This document shows, piece after piece, positions 28,757 through 39,254 of a stretch of DNA of 64,000 nt. The stretch is from Patescibacteria group bacterium (lineage in GTDB: Bacteria; Patescibacteriota; Minisyncoccia; Phycocordibacterales; DATDWN01), in assembly GCA_013816135.1 (NCBI GenBank), contig JACDEV010000001.1:28994-92993 (forward strand). The letters run 5' to 3'. The position numbers were made by a program, and so were the translations under genes. The notes under the pieces are model-generated. The model saw only the letters and a program-made list of their open reading frames with translations, ran no database searches and was not told where the DNA came from. Numbering within the stretch: the first letter of the stretch is position 1; every line of letters begins with the position of its first letter.

Positions 28757-29389
28757 ATGAAAATTACTAAACTTGGACACTGTTGTTTATTAGTAGAAAC
28801 TAAAGGAAAAAGAATCCTTACTGATCCAGGTAGTTATACTGTTGAAGCTCATTCTAAATTAGAAAATATTGATTTCATTCTTTTTACGCACGAGCATCAA
28901 GATCATTATCACGTTGATTCTCTAAAATTGATCATTCAAAATAATCCCCATGCAGTTGTTTTTTCTAACAGTTCAGTTAGTGAACTTCTAACTCAAGAAG
29001 GGATTCCACACACTAAAATAAGTCATGATGAAAGTTTTGATCTAGGAGGTATTCCAGTACTAGGTTTGGGAGAAAAGCACGCACAAATGCATAGTTCTAT
29101 TCCAGTTTCTTCAAACCTAGGTTTTTATATAGATAAGAAACTTTGGTATCCGGGGGATGCATTTACAGATCCAGAGAGATCTGTAGAAGTATTAGCTCTT
29201 CCTGTATCTGGACCATGGATGAAAATTGGAGAAGCAATTGATTATGCACTTTTGATTCAACCAAAGAAAGCATTCCCTGTTCATGATGGTACACGATTTG
29301 GTTCTGCGCATGTTCTTCCCGGCAAAGTTCTTCCTCAACATGGAATAGAATTCGTTGTCATGGTTGAAGGTGATACTAAAGAATTTTAA
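28757..29389 (+). CDS. MBL-fold metallo-hydrolase
   Basis: THEHQDHYH has the HxHxDH motif; 210 aa. Confidence 0.65.
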   Translation: MKITKLGHCCLLVETKGKRILTDPGSYTVEAHSKLENIDFILFTHEHQDHYHVDSLKLIIQNNPHAVVFSNSSVSELLTQEGIPHTKISHDESFDLGGIPVLGLGEKHAQMHSSIPVSSNLGFYIDKKLWYPGDAFTDPERSVEVLALPVSGPWMKIGEAIDYALLIQPKKAFPVHDGTRFGSAHVLPGKVLPQHGIEFVVMVEGDTKEF

Positions 29390-29674
29390 TAACAAAAAAG
29401 CGCTCTAGAGCGCTTTTTTGTTATTTCTTAGACTCTTTGAAACTAACTCGTTTTCTGAGTTTCTTGCTGTATTTCATAAGGTCGATTTTTCGCTCAACTT
29501 TCTTCTTATTCTTTGAAGTCCAGCGTACCTCCCCTGTTTCCTTATTTCTTAGTATGATCAATCGGTCTTGTGACATATGCGTTATTTAAGTAGATAGAGC
29601 ATACCTAAATACGGGTAAAATTGCAAATCGAATGAAAAACGAAAGGCACCCGATGTTCTGGGTGCCTTATAATT

Positions 29675-30316
29675 TTAGAGACTATCTTCAGGTCCAATGA
29701 TAGGAAGGCGATGACTCATCCGAAGCCATCGGGCAAACGTGATCCATGAACCATCGATTGAAACGTAGCTTTCCCTTTTAATTGAGAATCGGGCCAGGCT
29801 GTACCCACTTTCATCCTTAATCCCCAGTCCTTCGAATACTCCCCGAGCAATCTCGATTGCTGTATCACAGAATTGTTCTCTATGAGCAAGAACAAAGAAC
29901 AATTTGAAGGTTGTGTCCGTCCATCTTTTTGTAGCTGGGAATTCGATGTGGACTCCAAACTCATTTGGCTTTTTTGAATTTCCAGAAGGATTGTTTAATC
30001 TTGCTTCAAGAAATTTCACAATTGCTTCTGAATTTGGAGGAATGTTCGGCCCACGTTGCCGTCGAATATCGAGAACTATTTCACCCTTGCGCTGGTCATG
30101 CTCTCCGTCTCTTGGTTGAGAGATAGCTTCCATTCTAAACAAGCCATGAACTTTTTCTTGAGCCTGGTAATCAATGACTTTTGAGTCAACCAAACCAAGA
30201 TCCAAATTCCCATCCATAGACAAGCTAGTTGGAAGACCCATGCCGTAGCAATCCCAAGTTAAAGTAACTTTGTCCCAAATCTTCATCTGACTCTCCTTGT
30301 CGCTCATTATACCCAC
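29675..30316 (-). CDS. Hypothetical protein, GC-richer than flanks, probable mobile-element cargo
   Basis: 213-aa ORF divergent from the recombinase remnant; no family recognised. Confidence 0.35.
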   Translation of the reverse strand: MGIMSDKESQMKIWDKVTLTWDCYGMGLPTSLSMDGNLDLGLVDSKVIDYQAQEKVHGLFRMEAISQPRDGEHDQRKGEIVLDIRRQRGPNIPPNSEAIVKFLEARLNNPSGNSKKPNEFGVHIEFPATKRWTDTTFKLFFVLAHREQFCDTAIEIARGVFEGLGIKDESGYSLARFSIKRESYVSIDGSWITFARWLRMSHRLPIIGPEDSL

Positions 30317-30346
30317 ATGGGCGTCCAGTATTAGACTGGATCATTT

Positions 30347-31150
30347 AGGAGCGATCTAAGGTCAATATTATTTAAAATAGGTAAAAAAGGAAGACCTAGA
30401 GCTCAAAAACACATATTTCCTTTTACTGGAATAATGACTTGTGGTGAGTGTGGAGCAAGAGTTACAGCTTCAGAAAAAAAGAAGTTGAATAAAACCAGTG
30501 GGAAAATAGAAACTTACGTTTACTATCATTGTACAAAAAGAAAGAAGTATATAGATTGCAAAGCACAACCAGTTACTGTATCTAAGCTTGAAGATGACAT
30601 TGTAAAAACAATAGAAACAAATCTGATTGATCCAGAGTTTTATAAACTAGGTTTAGAGACTTGGAAAGAAGTGCACGAACTGGAAACAGACCAAAGACAG
30701 AAAATATACGAGGCACAATTCAAAAATGTAGAAGAAACAGAAAAGAAATTGGATCGAGCACTTACATTTCTTTTTGATGGAACAGTTACAAAAGAACAAT
30801 ACAACATCCAAAAACAAGAATTAGAAAAATTACTAACAAGAGAAAAAGACAAACTCGCACAAACAGAAAAAAGAGCTACGAACTGGAGAGAACTTACTGA
30901 AAATGTTTTACACTTCTCTGCTTTAGCTGTAGAAGCGCTTAAACATGGAGATGTTCAGGTCCGGAGAGAGACACTGAGTAGTCTAGGTTGGAACCACAGG
31001 ATAGAATCTAAAAAACTGTTTATAAACCTACATTCTTGGTTTACTGTTCTTAAAAAAGGTGAGGAAGAGCTTTTACCAGAAATAAAAGCGTTGGAACTGG
31101 AAAAAATCGTTGATAAGCAAAGACGGATGGAAGCTTTTGCCACCATCCGT
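30347..31150 (+). pseudogene. Large serine recombinase, 5'-truncated remnant (recombinase + Zn-ribbon + coiled-coil part only; resolvase catalytic domain missing)
   Basis: The frame is open from the stop at 30344: ...KKGRPRAQKHIFPFTGIMTCGECGARVTA...YYHCTKRKK...C... is the typical Zn-ribbon_recom motif, followed by a long coiled coil. The annotated ORF (30434..31306) runs on antisense through tRNA-Tyr, which looks spurious. Confidence 0.6.
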
Positions 31151-31159
31151 CCTAGGTTG

Positions 31160-31242
31160 TGCGTCGGGAAGGATTCGAACCTTCGAAGCCCGAAGGCGCC
31201 AGATTTACAGTCTAGTGCGATTGACCACTCCGCCACCGACGC
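31160..31242 (-). tRNA. tRNA-Tyr (anticodon GUA)
   Basis: Acceptor GCGTCGG/CCGACGC, anticodon loop CTGTAAA, long variable arm CGCCTTCGGGCTTC, T-loop TTCGAAT. Confidence 0.85.
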
Positions 31243-31402
31243 ATTCTCGATACTCATTATTCCCTCATCTGCTTTGTTGCTGATTGTGCCCGCTTCCGCA
31301 GAGTAGTTTTCTACACTTTGGTCGCGGTACTCATCAGCGCCTCGCATCTGTGGGAATTCTGTGCTCGAGAAATACTTTAACACATTTTATTTAATTGAGA
31401 AA

Positions 31403-34075
31403 CTATACTAAAGTTTTTTCGTGAACAAAGCTGTCTGAGACGAAGGAGCCATTCCTCCCTTTTTTAACAGTAAAATCAAATTCTCCATTTTTTATATCAA
31501 CAGTTATTGAACCCCCTTTAGACAAACCTTTACTTACCATAAGCGAAGCAATAGAAGTTAGTATTTTAGTTTGGATTAAACGCTTTAGAGGCCTCGCTCC
31601 GTACTGAGGGCTATAACCTTCCTTACTTAAATGTTCAAAGACTGCATCAGACAAAATTAATTTGATTTCTTTTTGAGCCAAGCGATCTTTCACGATACCT
31701 ACCTGTATCTTTACAATTTCCTTGATTGCTTCCCTGCTCAAAATATCGAAGACAATTATGTCATCTAAACGATTTAGAAATTCTGGCCTAAAATGATCTC
31801 GTAAAGCATCGAGAACTTTGGACTTAGCATCCTCATATCCGGCTTTTTCATTCCCAGAAGCAAAACCTATTTTTTCCATTTTATCTATATAGCGAGCACC
31901 GATGTTTGAAGTAAGGATGATGACAGTATTTCTGAAATTTACCAACCTGCCTTTTGCATCAGTTAATCTTCCATTATCCAGAACCTGAAGAAGAATGTTG
32001 AAAACTTCTGGGTGTGCTTTTTCAATTTCATCAAACAATATAACTGAATATGGTCGATGTCTGACCATCTCAGTAATAGTTCCACCTTCTTCGTGTCCAA
32101 CATAACCTGGAGGAGCACCAATTATCTTTGATACGCTGTGCTTTTCCATAAATTCAGACATATCTATCCTAATGAGAGATTTATCATCATCAAATAAGAA
32201 TTCTGCCAAAGCTTTGGTCAGTTCTGTTTTACCGACACCTGTTGGTCCAAGAAATAGAAATGAACCGATCGGACGGTTAGGGTCAGCAATACCAGCTCGT
32301 GAACGTTTGATAGTATCTGAAATCTTTTTCACAGCATCTACCTGGCCTACTATTCTTTTTCGGAGAACTTCTTCCATTCTGTTTAACTTTTCTGCTTCTT
32401 CTTCTAGCATTCTGGAAACAGGAACCCCTGTCCATTTGGATACGACTGTAGCGATATCGTTTTCAGTTATTTCTTCATTTAATATCCTTCGTGAACTCTG
32501 AAGTTTTTTTAATCTTTTTGCTTTGTTATCTAAATCTTTTTCGTAAGCAGGAATTTTGCCATATCGAATCTCTGCTGCTTTTGCTAATTCAGCCTTCGCT
32601 TCTGCTGTCTCTGCTTCCCGTCTCAACTCTTCTAACCTCTTTTTAATACCCTTAATATCGTTTACTGTTTCTTTTTCATTATTCCACTTAATCTCAATTT
32701 CTGAGGTTTGTTCTTTAAGATCTGCAATATTCTTGTCAATTTCCTTCAATCTGGTTTTAGATTTAGGATCTGTTTCCTTTTTAAATGCTTCATGCTCTAT
32801 TTGGAGCTTTACAATCTTTGAATGAGCACTCTGAAGAACTGGAGGTTTATTTTCTAGAGCAATCTTCAAAAACGAAGCTGACTCATCTATCAGGTCTACT
32901 GCCTTATCAGGTAAAAATCTATCAGTGATATAACGACTAGAAAGATTGACTGCAGAAATAATTGCCTCATCAGTTATTCTGACACCATGATATAACTCAT
33001 ATTTTTCTTTCAAACCACGTAAAATAGTAACTGCATCATCTACGCTTGGCTCATTTACATAAACTGGCTGAAATCTTCTTGAAAGTGCTGGATCTTTTTC
33101 GATATGCTTTTGATACTCTTTCAAAGTAGTAGCACCAATTGCCCTAAGTTCACCTCTAGCTAAAGCTGGTTTAAGCATATTGGAAGCATCAAGTGATCCT
33201 TCTGCTGAGCCTGCTCCGACAATAGTATGTATCTCATCGACGAACAAAATAACTTTGCCGTCTGATCTTTCAATTTCCTTTAAGATATTTTTTAGTCTCT
33301 CTTCGAATTCTCCTCGGTACTTTGTTCCCGCAACCAAAAGTCCTAGATCAAGGGATACTAGTTCTTTATCTTTTAATGATTCAGGCACATCTCCCATCGA
33401 CATTCGAATAGCTAAACCTTCAACGATTGCGGTTTTTCCCACGCCAGCTTCCCCAATAAGCATCGGATTATTTTTTGTCCGCCTTGAAAGAATCTGAATT
33501 ATTCTAGAAATTTCATCATCGCGACCAATAACGGGGTCAAGTTTATTTTGCTGAGCGAGCTTTGTGAGGCTTCTAGTAAATTTTCCTAAAGCTTTGAATT
33601 TCTTCGGTGCATCAGGCTCAACTGTTTTTGTACTTCTAATATCCTCGATGACTCGCAGTACTGCATCTTTATCTATTTTAAATTTTGAAAGTAGGTCTTT
33701 GGCAGGACTTGGGATTTCCATAAGAGCCATGAACAAATGTTCAGTAGATACGAACTCATCATTTAAATGTGAAAGTTCTTTACCTGAAGCTTCAATTGTC
33801 TGAGCTAATTCAGGAGTGAGATAGATTTGATAAGATGCAGATAAAGTTTGTCCAGCTTCAGTGCCTTCAATAGCTTCCAAAAGTGAATCTGTCAGTAATA
33901 TAGTATCAACTTCCAATCTGTCTAAAATTGATGTGACGATGCTTTCTTCCTGCAAAATAAGAGCTGTGAGTAAATGAAGTGGGTTTACATGATTCTGTCC
34001 GCGTTCAATAGCGAGCTCATGAGCTCGGCGGATGGCTTCTTTTGCTTTTGTTGTAAAGTGACTGAATGGAGGCAT
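31403..34075 (-). CDS. clpB: ATP-dependent chaperone ClpB
   Basis: Clp N domain, two AAA+ modules ([15 protein letters not shown]; [17 protein letters not shown]) and a long middle coiled-coil; 890 aa. Confidence 0.9.
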   Translation of the reverse strand: MPPFSHFTTKAKEAIRRAHELAIERGQNHVNPLHLLTALILQEESIVTSILDRLEVDTILLTDSLLEAIEGTEAGQTLSASYQIYLTPELAQTIEASGKELSHLNDEFVSTEHLFMALMEIPSPAKDLLSKFKIDKDAVLRVIEDIRSTKTVEPDAPKKFKALGKFTRSLTKLAQQNKLDPVIGRDDEISRIIQILSRRTKNNPMLIGEAGVGKTAIVEGLAIRMSMGDVPESLKDKELVSLDLGLLVAGTKYRGEFEERLKNILKEIERSDGKVILFVDEIHTIVGAGSAEGSLDASNMLKPALARGELRAIGATTLKEYQKHIEKDPALSRRFQPVYVNEPSVDDAVTILRGLKEKYELYHGVRITDEAIISAVNLSSRYITDRFLPDKAVDLIDESASFLKIALENKPPVLQSAHSKIVKLQIEHEAFKKETDPKSKTRLKEIDKNIADLKEQTSEIEIKWNNEKETVNDIKGIKKRLEELRREAETAEAKAELAKAAEIRYGKIPAYEKDLDNKAKRLKKLQSSRRILNEEITENDIATVVSKWTGVPVSRMLEEEAEKLNRMEEVLRKRIVGQVDAVKKISDTIKRSRAGIADPNRPIGSFLFLGPTGVGKTELTKALAEFLFDDDKSLIRIDMSEFMEKHSVSKIIGAPPGYVGHEEGGTITEMVRHRPYSVILFDEIEKAHPEVFNILLQVLDNGRLTDAKGRLVNFRNTVIILTSNIGARYIDKMEKIGFASGNEKAGYEDAKSKVLDALRDHFRPEFLNRLDDIIVFDILSREAIKEIVKIQVGIVKDRLAQKEIKLILSDAVFEHLSKEGYSPQYGARPLKRLIQTKILTSIASLMVSKGLSKGGSITVDIKNGEFDFTVKKGRNGSFVSDSFVHEKTLV

Positions 34076-34214
34076 GTTTTGTATTTATACAATGTAATTT
34101 ATAATTTTATTACGATTTCATCACGAATATAGACAATCCGGAAGAACAATATGCTTAATATATGTGAATTTTACTCTATATTTCACAAAAGTCAACATGA
34201 ATTTTAATATTAAT

Positions 34215-35054
34215 TTAATTCAAGAGAATGCTAATCTCTTTTTTCAAAATAGCTGAGAAAGTAAAGGCTTTTAGACCTTCTCCTGTGGTTTTAATACCTA
34301 CAACATTTCCCGATAAGTCGAATAATGGACTGCCATGAATAAGATCCTTGCTTGGAAGATCTGTATCAATTGATGACAAATATTCTACAGTTGTACTACC
34401 AATTCCAGATTCTTTCATATCTAAAGAAACTATTCTACCTACAGAAACTGAATTTGTGACTAAACCTCCTAGACCAATAATAGTTTGACCTAATTTTGGT
34501 GGAATCTCAGTAATCACCGCTGGAACAAAAACGTAAGGCCCTTTAGGAGATTTTTCTTGACCAGCTCTAAACAAAATAAAAGTAGTTGATTTATTTTCAC
34601 CTACTGGTGTAAGTGGTAATTCAGTTCCATCATTTGTAATTCCAATATATCCGTTTCCCGTAGTGTCGCCATTCCTATCTGCTGCAATTATTCCTTCTTT
34701 AGTTACCACCAACCCAATTCCATATGTCCTAGTTGTGAAATTTCCACCATCTTTTTCTTTTATTCTTACTATGCTGTTAATATTTTTCTTTATGGAATCT
34801 AAAATAAGATCCTCCTCCTTCAACACTACTGTTGTTGTGACTTTGTTATTACTTGTAGTCACAGTAGTAGTAGGTGTAGCAGGAGTAACTGTCTCGATAG
34901 TCTTTTCTACAATCCTATTAATATTTCTTGTCACTTCAAGTGGAGCTTCCTGTAAAAGAGAAACTGTAATGATTCCTGTAGCAATTGAAGTAACAAAGCT
35001 AATAAGCAAAACTAGAAGGACTAGTTGATTTTTATTTAAGTCTTCCATAGGCAC
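34215..35054 (-). CDS. Membrane-anchored trypsin-like (S1/HtrA-like) serine protease without PDZ
   Basis: N-terminal TM helix. HGSPLFDLSGNVVGI is the Ser-region motif, with GSP in place of the canonical GDSGG. Confidence 0.45.
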   Translation of the reverse strand: MPMEDLNKNQLVLLVLLISFVTSIATGIITVSLLQEAPLEVTRNINRIVEKTIETVTPATPTTTVTTSNNKVTTTVVLKEEDLILDSIKKNINSIVRIKEKDGGNFTTRTYGIGLVVTKEGIIAADRNGDTTGNGYIGITNDGTELPLTPVGENKSTTFILFRAGQEKSPKGPYVFVPAVITEIPPKLGQTIIGLGGLVTNSVSVGRIVSLDMKESGIGSTTVEYLSSIDTDLPSKDLIHGSPLFDLSGNVVGIKTTGEGLKAFTFSAILKKEISILLN

Positions 35055-35067
35055 ATATTAACATAAT

Positions 35068-36264
35068 TTATTTTATTATTTTTGAGAGTGCTTCAACTAA
35101 TGCGTCAACATCAGATTTATTGGAATACTTTCCGAATGTAAATCTCAGGCTAGAGTTGGCACAATTAGGTTTACCTAAAGCATTAACAACATACGAGGAT
35201 GAATCTTCTTTCAAAGTCCGACATGAGGATGAATAAGAAGCAGAAATTCCGCAAACATCCAGAGAAATAACAGCAAACTCAGAATCAATACTAGGAAAAC
35301 ATATATTTATATTGTTCGGTAATCTAAATTCTCTGGAACCATTAATTTTAGCTTTTGGAAATTTTTTTAATAATACATCTATTCCGTAATCTCGTATTGA
35401 AGTTAGTCTTTGGCTTTCTCCTAATCTATCATTATTTGCCAAACTTAATGCTTCTGCTAAACCAACGATAGCTTGTAGATTTTCCGTTCCGCTTCTAATT
35501 CCCTTCTCTTGTCCTCCTCCAAACAAAATAGGAAATATATTTGTTTCTGTTTTTGCATATAACAATCCAGAGCTTCGCGGACCATACATCTTTATTCCAT
35601 CCAACGTTAAAAGATCAACACGAAGTTTCAAGACATCGATATCCAAGTAAACTGCAGCCTGACAGGCATCTGTATGAAAGTATGGTAATTCTGTATTTTT
35701 GTTTCGTTTGTATTCTTTAATTAATTTTCCAATTTGGTTTATTGGTTGGATAGTTCCAATCTCATTATTAGCATACATTACACTAACCAGAACCGTGTTA
35801 TCTTTTATCGCTTTTATAATATCTTTCTCAGAAACAATTCCTTCTTCGGAAACTGGCACATAGGTTACTTCTCCTCCACGTCTCTCTATCTCTTTGCATA
35901 TCTCCAGAATAGCGGGATGCTCAATTACGGTTGTTACTATATGAGGAATAAAATCATCTCTCTTGCAAGCTTCGAAGACTCCAAGTAAAGCGAGGTTGTT
36001 ACCTTCAGTCCCTCCACTTGTAAAAATAATTTCGCTTTTTTGGCAATTCAAAATATTAGCAATCTTTTCTCTTGCCTCTTTGATTTTTTCTTTCACAACC
36101 AATGCTTCACTATAAAGCGCTGATGGATTTGCAAAATTTCCACCACTTGTGGATTCCTTCATAACTTTAAGTACCTGCTCATCTATCGGAGTAGTGGAAG
36201 CATAATCCAAAAAAATTCGTTTGTTTGGAGTTTTGTTTATTTTAAATGGGTTCGGAAAATTCAT
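35068..36264 (-). CDS. Cysteine desulfurase (class V aminotransferase, IscS/NifS-like)
   Basis: PLP-fold motifs FTSGGTEGNNLAL and HTDACQA; C-terminal active-site region SSSCRT. 398 aa. Confidence 0.75.
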   Translation of the reverse strand: MNFPNPFKINKTPNKRIFLDYASTTPIDEQVLKVMKESTSGGNFANPSALYSEALVVKEKIKEAREKIANILNCQKSEIIFTSGGTEGNNLALLGVFEACKRDDFIPHIVTTVIEHPAILEICKEIERRGGEVTYVPVSEEGIVSEKDIIKAIKDNTVLVSVMYANNEIGTIQPINQIGKLIKEYKRNKNTELPYFHTDACQAAVYLDIDVLKLRVDLLTLDGIKMYGPRSSGLLYAKTETNIFPILFGGGQEKGIRSGTENLQAIVGLAEALSLANNDRLGESQRLTSIRDYGIDVLLKKFPKAKINGSREFRLPNNINICFPSIDSEFAVISLDVCGISASYSSSCRTLKEDSSSYVVNALGKPNCANSSLRFTFGKYSNKSDVDALVEALSKIIK

Positions 36265-36320
36265 ATCTGTATCATACTAATTATTTTGCAAAAAACAATA
36301 AAATATGCCATAATATCGAA

Positions 36321-36788
36321 ATGATTTTTGATCCTATCTATATTTCATATGCACTTATTGGTGTTATGTTGATATTGGTAGGATGGATAATTAGGCTTGA
36401 AATAAAAATTTCTCATCTTTTAATTGGTAAGGATTCAAAGTCCTTAGAAGACTCAATTGTCTCTGCAGGGGAAAATCTAAAGAAATTAAACGATTTCCAA
36501 AGAGAAGCCATCATGCATTTCATGAACGTCGAAAAACGACTGAATCGCAGTATCCAAGCAGTTGAAACTATCCGCTTTAACCCTTTCAAAGGAACGGGTG
36601 AAGGCGGAAGCCAAAGCTTCTCAACTTCTTTTCTTTCAGAGGATGGTAATGGAGTTGTTATATCCAGTATTTATTCCAGAGAACGTGTAAGCGTCTTTTC
36701 AAAACCATTAAATAAATTTGAAAGTAAATTTGAACTGACTGAAGAAGAAAAAGAAGTTATTGTAAACTCAAAAAAAACTCTAGACTAA
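36321..36788 (+). CDS. Membrane protein, DUF4446-like hypothetical
   Basis: TM helix ISYALIGVMLILVGWII followed by RFNPFKGTGEGGSQSF. The start was moved to the internal Met to avoid overlapping the desulfurase start. Confidence 0.35.
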   Translation: MIFDPIYISYALIGVMLILVGWIIRLEIKISHLLIGKDSKSLEDSIVSAGENLKKLNDFQREAIMHFMNVEKRLNRSIQAVETIRFNPFKGTGEGGSQSFSTSFLSEDGNGVVISSIYSRERVSVFSKPLNKFESKFELTEEEKEVIVNSKKTLD

Positions 36789-36815
36789 ACGTCATGGACT
36801 TAAAAATTCACAATC

Positions 36816-38321
36816 ATGGAAACAACAAATACCAACATGAAAGAAAGATCTCCTATTGTGGCCATAATGGGACATATAGACCATGGAAAATCTACTCTAC
36901 TTTCTTATATAAGACACAGCACTGAACCTCTTAATGAAGCAGGAGGTATCACTCAACATATTTCAGCATATGAAGTTGAACATTTTGCTACTGATGGTAA
37001 AAAACATACGTTAACTTTCATAGATACTCCGGGACACGAAGCTTTTAGTGGAATAAGAAAACGAGGAGCAAAAGTGGCGGATGTAGCTATTTTGGTAGTT
37101 TCTGCAGAAGATGGAGTTAAACCACAAACTATTGAAGCACTCCATTCTATTACTGAAAGCAAGACTCCTTATATTGTCGCTATAAATAAGATAGATAAGC
37201 CTGGTATAGATATTGAAAGAACAAAGCAAAGCTTAGCTGAAAATCAGATATATGTGGAAGGTTATGGAGGCGATGTACCATTAGTTCTGATATCTGCAAA
37301 AACAGGTCAAGGAATTCCAGAACTTTTCGATATGATTATATTAGTCTCACAACTGGAATCACTTCAAGGAGACTCTAGTATTTCTGCAAACGGAATAGTT
37401 ATAGAGAGTAATCGAGATGTAAAAAAAGGAATATCTGCAACATGCATAATCAAAAATGGAACTCTCACCAAAAGCATGTATATTACTTCAGGTTTATCAT
37501 CTGCCCCAATAAGAATAATGGAAAATTATTTAGGTAAACAAATTGAAAATGCTACATTTTCTAGCCCTATAAAAATAATTGGTTGGGATAGTCTGCCAGA
37601 AGTTGGAAATGAGTTTAAATCTTTTAAATCCAGAGATGAAGCTAGAGAACAAATTGAAAAAGAAAAAGAGCTGAGAAGTTCAAATAAAGGAGAGAAGGAA
37701 TCCATTGTAGACACGACCAACTCAATACCTGTCATTCTTAAAGCAGATACAGGAAGTAGTTTGGAAGCGATGATCTCAGAAATAAAGAAATTGACCACAG
37801 AAAGGATAAGTGCAAAGGTTATTTCGTCAGGTATAGGAACTATTTCTGAAAATGATGTCAGACTGGCCGATGGTAATGAAAAAGCAATAATAATTGGATT
37901 CAATGTGAAAGTTGACTCTCCTGCAAAAAACTTAGCAGACAGAAACGAGATTGAAATTCAGAAATTCGACATAATTTACAAAATGAATGAGTGGTTGAAG
38001 GAAGTGCTAGCAACACGTACACCAAAAATGAAAGTTGAAGAATCAACAGGCTTAGCTAAAATATTGAAGCTATTTAGTAAAGTAAAAGATAAGCAGATAA
38101 TAGGTGGTCGAGTAGAAAAAGGTAGTATCGTAGTAGGATCCTTGGTAAAGATATCCAGACGTGATGTAGAGATTGGAGAAGGCAGGATTCGAGAACTCCA
38201 ACAGCAGAAATCTGCTTGTACTGAAGTTAAAGAAGGTAAAGAATTTGGAGGACTTATAGTTGCAAATATTGAAATTGCTGCGGGTGATAAAATCGAGAGC
38301 TTTATAACTATCGAAAAATAA
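36816..38321 (+). CDS. infB: Translation initiation factor IF-2 (short form lacking the N-terminal extension)
   Basis: G domain IVAIMGHIDHGKSTLL, DTPGHEAF, NKID; C-terminal beta-barrel domains; 501 aa. Confidence 0.85.
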   Translation: METTNTNMKERSPIVAIMGHIDHGKSTLLSYIRHSTEPLNEAGGITQHISAYEVEHFATDGKKHTLTFIDTPGHEAFSGIRKRGAKVADVAILVVSAEDGVKPQTIEALHSITESKTPYIVAINKIDKPGIDIERTKQSLAENQIYVEGYGGDVPLVLISAKTGQGIPELFDMIILVSQLESLQGDSSISANGIVIESNRDVKKGISATCIIKNGTLTKSMYITSGLSSAPIRIMENYLGKQIENATFSSPIKIIGWDSLPEVGNEFKSFKSRDEAREQIEKEKELRSSNKGEKESIVDTTNSIPVILKADTGSSLEAMISEIKKLTTERISAKVISSGIGTISENDVRLADGNEKAIIIGFNVKVDSPAKNLADRNEIEIQKFDIIYKMNEWLKEVLATRTPKMKVEESTGLAKILKLFSKVKDKQIIGGRVEKGSIVVGSLVKISRRDVEIGEGRIRELQQQKSACTEVKEGKEFGGLIVANIEIAAGDKIESFITIEK

Positions 38322-38322
38322 T

Positions 38323-38646
38323 ATGAGCAATCGTAATGAAAAAATAGAAGAAATACTTCACGATTTAGGAGCTCGTTTCTTACTCTTAAATGGAAACACC
38401 TCATCACTTTTGACTGTTACGCGAGTAGAGTTAACAAGGGATGGAAAACGTGCTACTATTTTCTTTACGGTATTTCCCGAGACTTTTGAGAAAACCGCTC
38501 TAGAATTTGCTAAACGCAAAAGGAGCGAATTCAAGGAATTTGTTAAGGATAATTCAAAATTAGGCAGAATACCTCAGCTTGATTTTGAAATAGATACTGG
38601 AGAAAAGAATCGTCAGAAAATTGACTCTCTTCTAAACGAAAGCTAA
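38323..38646 (+). CDS. rbfA: Ribosome-binding factor A
   Basis: LLTVTRVELTRDGKRATIFFTV KH-like RbfA signature; it immediately follows infB, as is usual for this operon. Confidence 0.8.
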   Translation: MSNRNEKIEEILHDLGARFLLLNGNTSSLLTVTRVELTRDGKRATIFFTVFPETFEKTALEFAKRKRSEFKEFVKDNSKLGRIPQLDFEIDTGEKNRQKIDSLLNES

Positions 38647-38653
38647 TATTCAG

Positions 38654-38728
38654 GGCCTGGTCGCCAAGTGGTAAGGCAAAGATCTGCAAAATCTTTATAC
38701 GGCGGTTCGATTCCGCCTCAGGCCTCCA
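38654..38728 (+). tRNA. tRNA-Cys (anticodon GCA), CCA encoded
   Basis: Acceptor GGCCTGG/TCAGGCC, anticodon stem-loop AAGAT-CTGCAAA-ATCTT, T-loop TTCGATT. Confidence 0.8.
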
Positions 38729-38745
38729 GGAAAAAAGTGTACTTT

Positions 38746-38829
38746 GCCCGGGTGGCGGAATTGGTATACGCGTTCGACTTAAAATCGAATCTCGAAAGAG
38801 GTATGGGTTCGACTCCCATCCTGGGCACA
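38746..38829 (+). tRNA. tRNA-Leu (anticodon UAA)
   Basis: Acceptor GCCCGGG/CCTGGGC, anticodon loop CTTAAAA, long variable arm, T-loop TTCGACT. Confidence 0.9.
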
Positions 38830-38881
38830 GAAAAACTGTTTTAAATAGTTTTTCGTTTGCTAGAGTTTTAGAAATATATTT

Positions 38882-38956
38882 GCACCCATAACTCAGCTGG
38901 TAGAGTAGCTCCCTCTTAAGGAGAATGTCGTTGGTTCGACTCCAACTGGGTGCACA
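38882..38956 (+). tRNA. tRNA-Lys (anticodon CUU)
   Basis: Acceptor GCACCCA/TGGGTGC, D-loop AGCTGGTA, anticodon loop CTCTTAA, T-loop TTCGACT. Confidence 0.8.
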
Positions 38957-39115
38957 AGTCAAAAAATTCTAAACTGCTTTAGAATTTTTCGGACTTGTGC
39001 AAGCCGGAAGTATGTTTGCGAGTACGCAAACAACTGAGGCGGGGTCGAGGAAATTTCAATTCGACGGAATTGAAATTATCCTTGACCACAAGTGCACGCT
39101 AATGTATTTACATTT

Positions 39116-39199
39116 GGGCAAGTGGCGGAATTGGTATACGCGCTAGTCTTAGGAACTAGTTCCTCACGGATTGGGAGTTCGAGTCTCCCCTTGCCCACA
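39116..39199 (+). tRNA. tRNA-Leu (anticodon UAG)
   Basis: Acceptor GGGCAAG/CTTGCCC, anticodon loop CTTAGGA, long variable arm, T-loop TTCGAGT. Confidence 0.9.
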
Positions 39200-39236
39200 A
39201 TTAAAAAACACCTTTACCGGTGTTTTTTAATTGTGG
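39190..39236. repeat. 23-bp perfect inverted repeat that includes the last 10 nt of tRNA-Leu(UAG) and a terminator core
   Basis: CTTGCCCACAATTAAAAAACACC-TTTACC-GGTGTTTTTTAATTGTGGGCAAG. Confidence 0.7.
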
Positions 39237-39254
39237 GCAAGAGCAAAGCGATGC

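Noticed and set aside
31150-31306. C-terminal 50 residues of ORF 30434..31306
   Set aside because: This part reads antisense through tRNA-Tyr. The recombinase remnant is called only up to about 31150.
32172-33803. Several 79-109-aa plus-strand ORFs inside clpB
   Set aside because: They are antisense to a strongly supported 890-aa ClpB ORF and their translations are low-complexity Ser-rich.
38543-38962. 139-aa minus-strand ORF
   Set aside because: It lies antisense across three tRNA genes (Cys, Leu, Lys), so it is a spurious reading frame.
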